Virus record (IMG/VR): IMGVR_UViG_3300042434_000613
Location: 1-52,318 of that record
Source of the DNA: a virus
Taxonomy: Duplodnaviria; Caudoviricetes
Length of the DNA: 52,318 bases
Strand: one strand, 5' to 3'
Shown: positions 7,982 through 16,800 of the stretch, in pieces
How the letters are laid out: each line of letters begins with the position of its first letter
Position numbering within the stretch: position 1 is the first letter of the stretch
Notes under the pieces: model-generated
The model's database searches: none
What the model was told of the DNA's origin: nothing
What the model saw: the letters and a program-made list of their open reading frames with translations, nothing else
Made by a program: the position numbers and the translations under genes

Positions 7982-10086
7982 TGTTTCTTGATCAATCATC
8001 CAACCAACTAATTAGAACACACTACCTTGGAAGGGATGGTTTCGTGTGGTGGCTTGGCGTGGTTGTTTTACCTACCACTGGTAAGTGGTCTGGTCAAGAC
8101 ATCATCAACGGCAAAAAACCACCAGAATATTATAACAGAGTAAAGGTAAGAATATTTGGTTATCATACTAAAGAAGGTGGTCAACTACCAGATGCTGATT
8201 TACCTTGGGCACATGTATTAGTTCCACCTGGAGTTGCCAATGGGGTATTGTCTCAAGGTGATTCTCATGAGTATCAAGGTGGAGAGACTGTATTTGGCTT
8301 CTTTTTAGATGGTGATGATGGTCAGCAACCAGTTATCATTGGATCTTTGTATAAAGGATCTAACATTAGTGACTTAATTACATCTGCACAAGTAGCGTCC
8401 AAAAATAGTTCTGAATTTTTACCAGTATCTCCTGGAGAATTAGGTGCTCATCAAATTCCAGTTCCACCTGCCAATGGTGGACAGAATGTAGGAACTGGTG
8501 TAGGAAATCCTGCTAACGTTGGTGTTTCCACGAGCGTATCTAAGTCTGGTATAGAAAAAATCTCCAGAACCACTGATAAAAATGTTGACCAGGCAGCAGG
8601 AAGTTTTGCCAAGAGGAGTGATATTAAATCTAATCCACCTAATCCATGTAAGTCAGATAAGATTTCTAAGATTACAGATAAGTTGGAAGATTTCCTAGCA
8701 AGATTAGAAGGCTATCAGGCTTATGCAAATCTTTATGTTGGTGGTATTGCAAATAAGTTAGGCAACATTGAAAGTGAAATTAGAGAGACAGGAATGGAGA
8801 TTGCTTCTCTATTCACTGACATGGTTAAGCTTGGAATGAAATGGTTATTTGATGAGTATTCCAAGAAAATGGATAAGTTGATTGCAGATCTGTTTCCAAA
8901 ACCAAAACAAAATGCTGCTGGACAAGTCATCAGAACATACATGTCCACAATATATTGTTTGTTCAAAAAGTTTATCAAAAAGATATTTACTTATGTTGTC
9001 AATCAATTAAAGTCGTTGGTTGGTCAAGTCTTAGGAACTGCAACTTGCTTAGTAGAAAATTTTGTCGGACAAATGCTAAACAGCATGTTCAATTCTTTAG
9101 CAGATGCAGTTGGCCCTACACTTCAACAGTTAAGTAATTTCTTAGGTGGAGCACTAGGTAATGCAAATGATATTCTTGCCAAGGCAATGAATGTTGTTGG
9201 GTTCATTAAAAATCTATTTAATTGTGAACCAAGAAATTGCACACCTCCACAAAGCTATACCACTAGATATGGCCCCTCACAAAAAGAAATTGATAACTTC
9301 AACAAGATATTAAAGCAAGCAGGTGTTGGTGGTCTTAAGAATTTAAAGAGTGATCTTTATAAGGATCTTGGGCTTGAGGATGTTGACTTAAGCTTTGGAA
9401 GCTGCACTCCAGATGTTTTAAGATGCGGGCCTCCATCAATTGCAATCTTAGGTGGCGGTGGTAATGGTGCATCAGCAACTGCGATTGTAAACAATCTTGG
9501 GCAAGTTATTGGTGCTAATATTCTTAATGGCGGCGGTGGTTATTTTGAACCTCCTTATGTTTCGTTCATTGATTCATGTAATAATGGACAAAATGCTAGA
9601 GGAAGAGCGATTATTAATGGTGGGCAGGTAACAAGTATTGTTATCGATGAACCTGGATCTGGTTATTTAAATACTCAAACCGTACAAACCTATGGATCGG
9701 AGCCTGCACCTGCACCTTCTGATGGCAGTACAGATGCTAACGCCAATTCTTATGTAACACAATTCAATGGTGTTAATGTAGATAATATTGGTGTTGGTTA
9801 TGGTGAGGATACTTCAATCGTAGTTATTCCTGGTGATAACGATATTGGTTTAGTCACCTTACCTGAGTTCCAAATTACTTACGGGCCTAATGGATCTATT
9901 TTAAACATTGATGTTGTTGCACCTGGATCAGGATTTACTGAACTGCCAGAACTATTATTAGTAAGTCTGACTGGTGCTGGTGCAAAGGTCAAACCAACCT
10001 TTGATTTTATTGAGGTAAATAAAGAAGATGCTGGTGCATTAGGAGTTGGAAGAGTGATTCAAGTTGTTGATTGTGTACAGAGATGA
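7981..10086 (+). CDS. gp5: Baseplate hub/spike gp5 (N-terminal OB fold), no lysozyme domain evident
   Basis: GRDGFVWWLG, RVKVRIFGYH, DLPWA, VFGFFLDGDDGQQPVIIG; C-terminal GGGY/PGSGY repeats. Confidence 0.85.
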   Translation: MFLDQSSNQLIRTHYLGRDGFVWWLGVVVLPTTGKWSGQDIINGKKPPEYYNRVKVRIFGYHTKEGGQLPDADLPWAHVLVPPGVANGVLSQGDSHEYQGGETVFGFFLDGDDGQQPVIIGSLYKGSNISDLITSAQVASKNSSEFLPVSPGELGAHQIPVPPANGGQNVGTGVGNPANVGVSTSVSKSGIEKISRTTDKNVDQAAGSFAKRSDIKSNPPNPCKSDKISKITDKLEDFLARLEGYQAYANLYVGGIANKLGNIESEIRETGMEIASLFTDMVKLGMKWLFDEYSKKMDKLIADLFPKPKQNAAGQVIRTYMSTIYCLFKKFIKKIFTYVVNQLKSLVGQVLGTATCLVENFVGQMLNSMFNSLADAVGPTLQQLSNFLGGALGNANDILAKAMNVVGFIKNLFNCEPRNCTPPQSYTTRYGPSQKEIDNFNKILKQAGVGGLKNLKSDLYKDLGLEDVDLSFGSCTPDVLRCGPPSIAILGGGGNGASATAIVNNLGQVIGANILNGGGGYFEPPYVSFIDSCNNGQNARGRAIINGGQVTSIVIDEPGSGYLNTQTVQTYGSEPAPAPSDGSTDANANSYVTQFNGVNVDNIGVGYGEDTSIVVIPGDNDIGLVTLPEFQITYGPNGSILNIDVVAPGSGFTELPELLLVSLTGAGAKVKPTFDFIEVNKEDAGALGVGRVIQVVDCVQR

Positions 10087-10661
10087 GTAAAGTAAAAACT
10101 ACAATAAAAAAGCGTTACAGAATAGACAGTGGTAATACCATGCCTATTCATGGTAAAGTAAATTATGCACTGATCTGTGAAAATGGTGATGGTGAAATTT
10201 ACGGGATGGATGATGGTAGAAATGTTAAAGTTGTCAGTGGTGTTTCTGTTGAAGTTGTTGGAACAGAGCTGCAAGCTAATGCCGATGCTAAACAGCCACA
10301 CATTCCAGCCAAATGGATTTGCGCTAAGAAAGGTGATGTAGTTATTGAAGCGCCACAGGGAACACTATATTTGTCTGGTAGAAACGTAGTCATTTCTGCA
10401 TCAGGTCCTGAAACAGAAGATCAATCAAATGGCAACATAGATATACTTGCAACAAATGATATCAATATATCATCTTATGATACAATTAAAATTTCAGGTA
10501 CAAATGTGACAATGAATGCTAGTCTTGCAATGGATATTGCTGGGCAAACATTTTTAAATATTGCAGGCAGTATGTCCACTGGCGGATCGACTTTAGATTT
10601 ATCTAAGGGAATACTTGGAGCCACTGGAACATTATTAAAAAGTTTAACTGGAATCGGATAA
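10083..10661 (+). CDS. Putative spike beta-helix segment (gp5 C-terminal-like)
   Basis: ATGA overlap with gp5; alternating-hydrophobic beta repeats (NIDILATNDINISS). Start chosen at 10083. Confidence 0.55.
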   Translation: MSKVKTTIKKRYRIDSGNTMPIHGKVNYALICENGDGEIYGMDDGRNVKVVSGVSVEVVGTELQANADAKQPHIPAKWICAKKGDVVIEAPQGTLYLSGRNVVISASGPETEDQSNGNIDILATNDINISSYDTIKISGTNVTMNASLAMDIAGQTFLNIAGSMSTGGSTLDLSKGILGATGTLLKSLTGIG

Positions 10662-10665
10662 CATT

Positions 10666-11631
10666 ATGAATTTTCCTTCGATAGCAGCAGAAAATACTTT
10701 GCATGTTGGACTTTCAGATCCAACTTTTATTCCTAAGAATCCTACAGTTCTTCCAGGTCTTGCAACCATTAACGGGCCTTTGATTGTTGGTGGAACTTTG
10801 ATTGATGGAATTATGGGGCCTGCATTCCCTAAGACTGCAGTTGTTAATATTATTCCATCAACGAATACACCAGGAGGAGCTGCATTAAAAATCAGCGCCT
10901 TAGGTGATGGAGTTGCTCCGTTTCCTGGAATTGGTTTGCAAGCCAGTGCCATCAACCACAACATCTTAGCCACAACAGCAACAACATTAACAAGTCCTTT
11001 AACAACAATCAAAGGAAGTCTTGTTGACGTTCTTGCTCCAACTTACATTAAGACTTTATTGAATGTTAATGGCGTAGCTTTTGTTGAGAAGTTTGCAACA
11101 TTTAAGGATGCAATTTTTACAGGCACAATTACTTCAAATGGTGCGATTACTGCTAACGCTAGAATCACAGCTAACACTGGTATTACAATTACTGGACTTG
11201 GTGATGTAACAACAGAAGTTAATCTGGCAAAAGCATTACCAGCAAAGCCTTTTGATATTCCACACCCATCAAAACCAAATCATCGTCTTAGACATGTTGC
11301 GATTGAGGGGCCAGAGATTGCTGTATTTTATAGAGGGAAACTTGAAGGTGAACACATCATCTATCTTCCTGAGTATTGGAAAGATCTTGTAGATGAAAAT
11401 TCTATCACAGTTCAATTAACCGCATGGAAACATTCCGACGCAACTTTACACGTTAAGGATATTACATCAGAAAAAATTGTAGTTGGGTCGGAGAAACTAA
11501 CAAAAGTTTATTGTCATTATACAGTATTTGCTGAAAGAAAAGATCTAGATAAATTAGTAGTAGAGTATGAAGGTACTTCGGTTAAAGATTATCCAGGACA
11601 AGACTTTATAGGTATTAATAATGGCAACTGA
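10666..11631 (+). CDS. Putative spike/fibre protein with C-terminal chaperone-like domain
   Basis: Beta-strand repeats then KPFDIPHPSK..RLRH..EGPE.AVFYRG..LPEYWKDLV..VFAERKD. Confidence 0.6.
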   Translation: MNFPSIAAENTLHVGLSDPTFIPKNPTVLPGLATINGPLIVGGTLIDGIMGPAFPKTAVVNIIPSTNTPGGAALKISALGDGVAPFPGIGLQASAINHNILATTATTLTSPLTTIKGSLVDVLAPTYIKTLLNVNGVAFVEKFATFKDAIFTGTITSNGAITANARITANTGITITGLGDVTTEVNLAKALPAKPFDIPHPSKPNHRLRHVAIEGPEIAVFYRGKLEGEHIIYLPEYWKDLVDENSITVQLTAWKHSDATLHVKDITSEKIVVGSEKLTKVYCHYTVFAERKDLDKLVVEYEGTSVKDYPGQDFIGINNGN

Positions 11632-12358
11632 AAAATCAAAACGTGTAATTAAATATCTAAATGATAAGATTGGCGAAAACGCAGATGCTGTAAGTGCAAT
11701 CACACCACTCATTGCGCCAACCGAAGATAGAATTGATGATTTTTTGCCATCTATTCAAGCGTTTGATAATCAAATCATTTCTATCACTGCACAGATTGTT
11801 GCAAAACAACAGCAAATCATAAGCATCGGATCCACGGCACAAAACGTGGTAGGTTGTGGAACCACAACAACTACAACTGTCAATCAAGATGTTGCACAAG
11901 CAAACACTTGGAATATAAACACAGCATCTTATAATGGAGATCAGCCTTACGGAAATATAACAAGCAATACTTTATCTTCTGCAACAAGTGGCATTGGATC
12001 GTTCAATGTTTATTCAAATAATGGCGGAGCTTCTTTAGGAACTTACTATTCTCTTACAGGGCCTGGTTATTTGACAGGTACAAATGGTATTACAACTGTC
12101 ACACCTACAGCAGGAGATAATGCAACTTGCACCGCATGTAAAGCTGCTATCGCAACTTTGGAAAGTGAAATTACTGCGTTGAGATCACAAGTATCTACAA
12201 TAATTACAACTGCAAATACTTTAAAGTCGGAAAGAACTGAAGCAGAAGTTAGAAGATATAGTTTAAGGAAAGGAATAGAACGTATGCAAGCAGACAGCAC
12301 TAGAATGAGTTCTATTCTCACTATCTTGACAGACCCAACAAACGATGCTATAATATAA
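11621..12358 (+). CDS. Hypothetical virion structural protein
   Basis: Coupled to the previous gene; coiled coils flank a Thr/Gly-rich core. Confidence 0.55.
   Translation: MATEKSKRVIKYLNDKIGENADAVSAITPLIAPTEDRIDDFLPSIQAFDNQIISITAQIVAKQQQIISIGSTAQNVVGCGTTTTTTVNQDVAQANTWNINTASYNGDQPYGNITSNTLSSATSGIGSFNVYSNNGGASLGTYYSLTGPGYLTGTNGITTVTPTAGDNATCTACKAAIATLESEITALRSQVSTIITTANTLKSERTEAEVRRYSLRKGIERMQADSTRMSSILTILTDPTNDAII
12326..12354 (+). promoter_or_regulatory. Consensus sigma70 promoter
   Basis: TTGACA-N17-TATAAT with extended TG, inside the last codons of the upstream gene. Confidence 0.85.
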
Positions 12359-12420
12359 TAGTCCGTGTGAAGGAAGTTGCTGGAGGAGAGAAATCTCCTC
12401 CTCACCAATTTTGAAACTTT

Positions 12421-12585
12421 ATGAGACCAGAAACTAGACAAGCAATGGAAATGCTGTTCCATGCAAAATGGAACCTACCAAAAGCAGCAGCACATGCTAG
12501 ATTGACTAACAAAGAAATGAAAATTACTTTTAACGAGTATTGTAATTTTCACCCACCAATTTACACAAATGAATATAATCGATAA
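12421..12585 (+). CDS. Small conserved cyanophage protein, possible HTH
   Basis: Not in track; MRPETRQAMEMLFHAKWNLPKAAAHARLTNKEMKITFNEYC... (54 aa). Confidence 0.7.
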   Translation: MRPETRQAMEMLFHAKWNLPKAAAHARLTNKEMKITFNEYCNFHPPIYTNEYNR

Positions 12586-13063
12586 TTTTTTATCCAAAAA
12601 AGATTTTTTACAATTGCAACAAGGAATAACATCAGATAGTTTTCCTTGGCATTACAGTAAAGTTCTTGACGATTATCACGAAAAATTTTGTAACCCAAAT
12701 TATAACTTTCAATTTTATCATGGGTTTTATCATGGATTTAGACCAACTAGTGATTACATTGAGTTGTTGACACCTTTTATTGATAACTTAAAACCCAAAG
12801 CTTTAGTTAGAATAAAATGTAATCTGACAACCAGAACTCATGAAATAATAGAACATGGTTACCATACAGACCAACCATTTTCAAATTTTAAGACTGGAAT
12901 ATATTACTTAAATGATAATAACGGCTACACAAAATTTGAAGATGGTTCTAAAGTGGAAAGTGTTGCAAATAGGTATGTCGAATTTGATGGTAACATACTA
13001 CATACAGGAACCACTTGTACAAATTCAAATTATCGGATAGTAATAAACTTTAATTATTTTTGA
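12569..13063 (+). CDS. 2OG-Fe(II) oxygenase
   Basis: IIDNFL, YHTD, GIYYLNDNNGYT, NRYVEFDG..HTG, RIVINFNY. Confidence 0.85.
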   Translation: MNIIDNFLSKKDFLQLQQGITSDSFPWHYSKVLDDYHEKFCNPNYNFQFYHGFYHGFRPTSDYIELLTPFIDNLKPKALVRIKCNLTTRTHEIIEHGYHTDQPFSNFKTGIYYLNDNNGYTKFEDGSKVESVANRYVEFDGNILHTGTTCTNSNYRIVINFNYF

Positions 13064-13072
13064 TCTGACCTA

Positions 13073-13101
13073 TTGACAGCCTATAACCTCCATGCTATAA
13101 T
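13073..13101 (+). promoter_or_regulatory. Consensus sigma70 promoter for the tRNA cluster
   Basis: TTGACA-N17-TATAAT, 13 nt upstream of tRNA-Leu. Confidence 0.88.
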
Positions 13102-13114
13102 TACTGCATACCAC

Positions 13115-13198
13115 GGGGCGGTGGTGGAATCGGTAGACACACCAGACTTAAAATCTGTTGGGCTTATGCCCGTGGGAGTTCAAGTCTCCCTCGCCCTA
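13115..13198 (+). tRNA. trnL: tRNA-Leu (anticodon TAA)
   Basis: Acceptor GGGGCGG/TCGCCCT, D arm, CT-TAA-AA loop, long variable arm, GTTCAAG T loop; no encoded CCA. Confidence 0.93.
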
Positions 13199-13280
13199 CC
13201 TAAACCAAAATTGACTTTTGGTTACAAAAAAGGTCGGAAAAAAATCCCGCCAAAAAAATGCCAAAAAGGTTTTTTGGTAT

Positions 13281-13287
13281 CTAAATA
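13281..13287 (+). promoter_or_regulatory. Late promoter CTAAATA
   Basis: 20 nt upstream of ATG 13308. Confidence 0.55.
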
Positions 13288-13307
13288 AACAAAAGAAAAG
13301 ATCGTCA

Positions 13308-13577
13308 ATGAAATATCGTATTGACGCTAGATATGTTTGGTACAACAAGGGAATGCAAATTGTCTTGATGTACTTTATAGAAGGCATTCCTTTTACTTTT
13401 GACGAACTTCCAGATGAGTCAATTACTGATCTGGAATTGATAGAAGTGGCAGACAAAGAAAGAAGGTACGAACCAGAGGATTTATACAGAACATCATTTT
13501 ATTTAATTGATGAGCAGTGTCATCCAATGTTGTTTGAACTGGAACTGGAAAATCCAGAAATGTTGCCACAAGATTAA
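13308..13577 (+). CDS. Conserved cyanophage hypothetical protein
   Basis: MKYRIDARYVWY...MYFIEGIPFTFDELP; start moved to ATG 13308. Confidence 0.75.
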   Translation: MKYRIDARYVWYNKGMQIVLMYFIEGIPFTFDELPDESITDLELIEVADKERRYEPEDLYRTSFYLIDEQCHPMLFELELENPEMLPQD

Positions 13578-13578
13578 T

Positions 13579-13650
13579 GCCTCTGTAGCTCAGTGGTAGA
13601 GCAATGGTTTTGTAAACCATTGGTCGCTGGTTCAAATCCAGTCGGGGGCT
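13579..13650 (+). tRNA. trnT: tRNA-Thr (anticodon TGT)
   Basis: GCCTCTG/CGGGGGC acceptor, ATGGT-TTTGTAA-ACCAT anticodon arm, GTTCAAATC. Confidence 0.95.
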
Positions 13651-13773
13651 TGGAAGATCCAGAAGTGCTTCATTAGGTGACATGTCTGGTTCTTCCTACA
13701 AACAGAATAAGAGTCCAAATCTTATTCTTATAGTGGGGATCGGCTACTCCTCCGTTAAACAAAAGGGCCGCCA

Positions 13774-13846
13774 GGGGAATTAACTCAGTTGGTAGAGTGG
13801 CAGCTTTGCAAGCTGCAAGTCAGGGGTTCAAGTCCCCTATTCTCCA
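13774..13846 (+). tRNA. trnA: tRNA-Ala (anticodon TGC)
   Basis: GGGGAAT/ATTCTCC acceptor with G3:U70, CAGC-TTTGCAA-GCTG, GTTCAAGTC. Confidence 0.95.
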
Positions 13847-13849
13847 TGA

Positions 13850-13857
13850 TATAAATA
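13850..13857 (+). promoter_or_regulatory. Late promoter TATAAATA
   Basis: Perfect T4 late consensus 32 nt upstream of the fibre gene. Confidence 0.85.
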
Positions 13858-13889
13858 AACCATAATAGCTCCTTTATGGTTATATTTCC

Positions 13890-16800
13890 ATGCCTTTAAG
13901 CAGATTAGAAAATTTCTTAAAGAACACTGATGGTAACATTCTATACGTCAATCCATCAGATTTAGACGCAACCGATAGTATTGAAAACCAAGGTAATTCG
14001 TTAACCAGACCTTTCAAAACGATTCAAAGGGCGTTAATTGAAGCAGCAAGATTTTCGTATAATATTGGTCAAAATAACGATAAGTTTGACAAAACTACAG
14101 TTTTAGTTTATCCAGGTACTTATAATGTTGATAACAGACCTGGATTATCTGTTGCAAACGTTGGTGGTAATGTTCAATATAGAGATATTAATGGTAATTT
14201 AGCATCATTAACAGAATTAACAAATACCTCTAATTATGACATTGAAGATCCTTCCAACGTTCTTTATAAGTTTAACTCTACCATTGGTGGTGTAATTGTT
14301 CCAAGAGGAACATCAATTGTTGGTTTAGATCTTCGTAAAACAAAAATTAGACCAAAATTTGTTCCTGATCCAGCAAATGCAGGAATTACCAGTACAGCAA
14401 TGTTTAAGCTTACTGGTGGTTGTTATTTTTGGCAGTTTTCTGCCTTTGATGGTGATCTAAACAATTCGGTTTATTATGACTACAATGGCAATACTAAAAC
14501 ACCTACCTTCTCTCACCACAAATTAGCAGTATTTGAGTATGCTGATGGTGTAAATGGTGTTGGTGTTGGAACATCATCTGCATTATCTGATTTGCAGATG
14601 TATTATTATAAAGTTGCTCAAGCTTACGGTGATAGTTCGGGTAGAGCAATTGGTGATTTCCCATCAACATTGGATTTTGAACCAAATACTCCAGAATTTA
14701 AAATTGTTGGTGCTGTCAACGCAAATGATATTGGCATTTCTAGTGCTGCAGCAGTAGGAAATCTTATAACTGTCGATAGCGCACTAGATCATGGTTTAAA
14801 CATTGATGATTCTGTTAGAATTAGTGGATTTACATCTACAGTCTTCAATGGTTCTTATTATGTTGTTGGTGTATCCAGTGCTAGAAGATTCCAGTATCGA
14901 GCAAGTGCAACTCCAGGTGCTTTAAATCCTTCTTTAACTGGTGGAGAAACTCTTATTGTTGAACCTGATAGCGTAAGTGGTGCTTCCCCATATATTTTCA
15001 ACTGCAGCTTAAGATCAGCCTATGGCATGAGCGGTCTTAATGCTGATGGTGCAAGCGCAACAGGATTCAAATCTATTGTTGTTGCACAGTTTACTGGTAT
15101 TGGTCTACAAAAAGATGATGATGCGTTTGTAATTTATGATAAGACTACGGGGCAATATCAAGACAATAATACAACTTCAAACGCAAATAAGCCTTTACAT
15201 TTAAACTCAAAGGCAATTTACAAGCCAGCATATAATAATTATCATATTCGTGCTGCTAATGGAGCATTCATTCAGTGCGTATCAATCTTTGCTATTGGAT
15301 TTGCTAATCACTTCTTAGCAGAGTCTGGTGGTGACATGTCAATCACCAACTCCAACTCCAACTTTGGTGCAAAATCTTTAGTATCAAGAGGTTATCAACT
15401 TCAATCGTTTGATCGTGATGATGTTGGTTATATTACTCACGTCATTCCACCAAAAGAAATTGATAAATCTGAAGAAAGCGTAAGTTGGGTATCTTTAGAT
15501 GTTGGACTGTCAACATCAACAGCTGGCGTAGGTACAACTTCTAGACTATATCTCTACGATTTCAATGATCCTGATAATCCACCACCAAACATTCTAAGTT
15601 CTTATAGAATTGGTGCTAAGTCTGGAGAACTCTTAAAAGTTGTTGTTTCTACAGCATCTTCAGAAGTAACTGTATCATCACCAATTTTGATGCAGGTTCC
15701 TTCGGGAGAAAGCACTACATCGGCAGAAAAGTCTTATAAAGTAATTCGTGTTGGCGCTGCTAATAGCATTACATCAAATACCACATTTAACCTTGAAAGA
15801 AACCATGAACTTTTTACTGGAGAATCTGTAAGAGTATTCAGTGATAATGCTGCAATGCCAGATGGCTTATCTGCAGATGTCATTTATTATGCAATTGTTA
15901 GTGGATTGTCTGCTAATCAAGTACAACTTGCAAAGAGCTTTAATGATGCAATCACAGGCACACCTGTTCCTCTAACATTATCAAATACTTCTGGTGGTTT
16001 GCTTACGATTGTAAGTAGAGTATCTGATAAGATTCCTGGTGATTTTGGTCACCCAATTCAATATGATACTGCAAGAAAAAATTGGTATGTTGTTGGTGCT
16101 GCAACGACCTCACAAAATACAATTTATCCAGCATTCATTCAATATAAATCATCCTTAACAGATGCTAGCTCTAAGTCTTATATTACCCGTCAGTCTGACA
16201 CTAGAGCTGTAGAAGATAGAATTTATAGATTTAGATACATCATTCCAAAAGAATATGGCACAACTGCAGCAAATGCTAAGCCACCTTCAATTGGTTATGT
16301 TATTCAAGAAAGTAAAACTGTTGGAGTTGGAAACGCTGCTGAGTTTGCAACTGTAACTGATCCAACAGATCAAAGAAATCTTAGAATTATTCACAGTGTT
16401 GTTCACGATCAATCTGCTGGAATCTGTACAGTTGTTACAGAAAGACCACATAGTTTAAATGCGGGTGACCGAGTAAAAATTAATAAAATTAAGAGTGTAA
16501 ACAACCCTGTTGGCGCAGCTAATTCTGGATTTAATGGCGTATTCCCAATCGTAGGAATTACCAGCAGCAAAGGATTTACTGTCAATCTTTCTTCAAATCC
16601 TGGTGCTTATATTAATGTTTCATCCAGCCGTGATGAAAATCTGCCAACAGTTTCTAGAGATGCATATAGAAACACCTACACAATTTACAGAATTAATACG
16701 GTTCAAGAACAAGAATTTAATAAAGCAGATGGTATTTACCATCTAACATGCTTACTTAATAATGTTTCTCCTAATGATGCTTATTTTATCGGCGATGAAT

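Noticed and set aside
13073-13288. 71-aa ORF and the 5' extension of ORF 13218
   Set aside because: They overlap the promoter, tRNA-Leu and the A-tract element; spurious.
13651-13773. HDV-like (theta), pistol or hammerhead ribozyme next to tRNAs
   Set aside because: A TCCTCC loop is present but I could not build P1/P4 or place the catalytic C; other ribozyme cores are absent.
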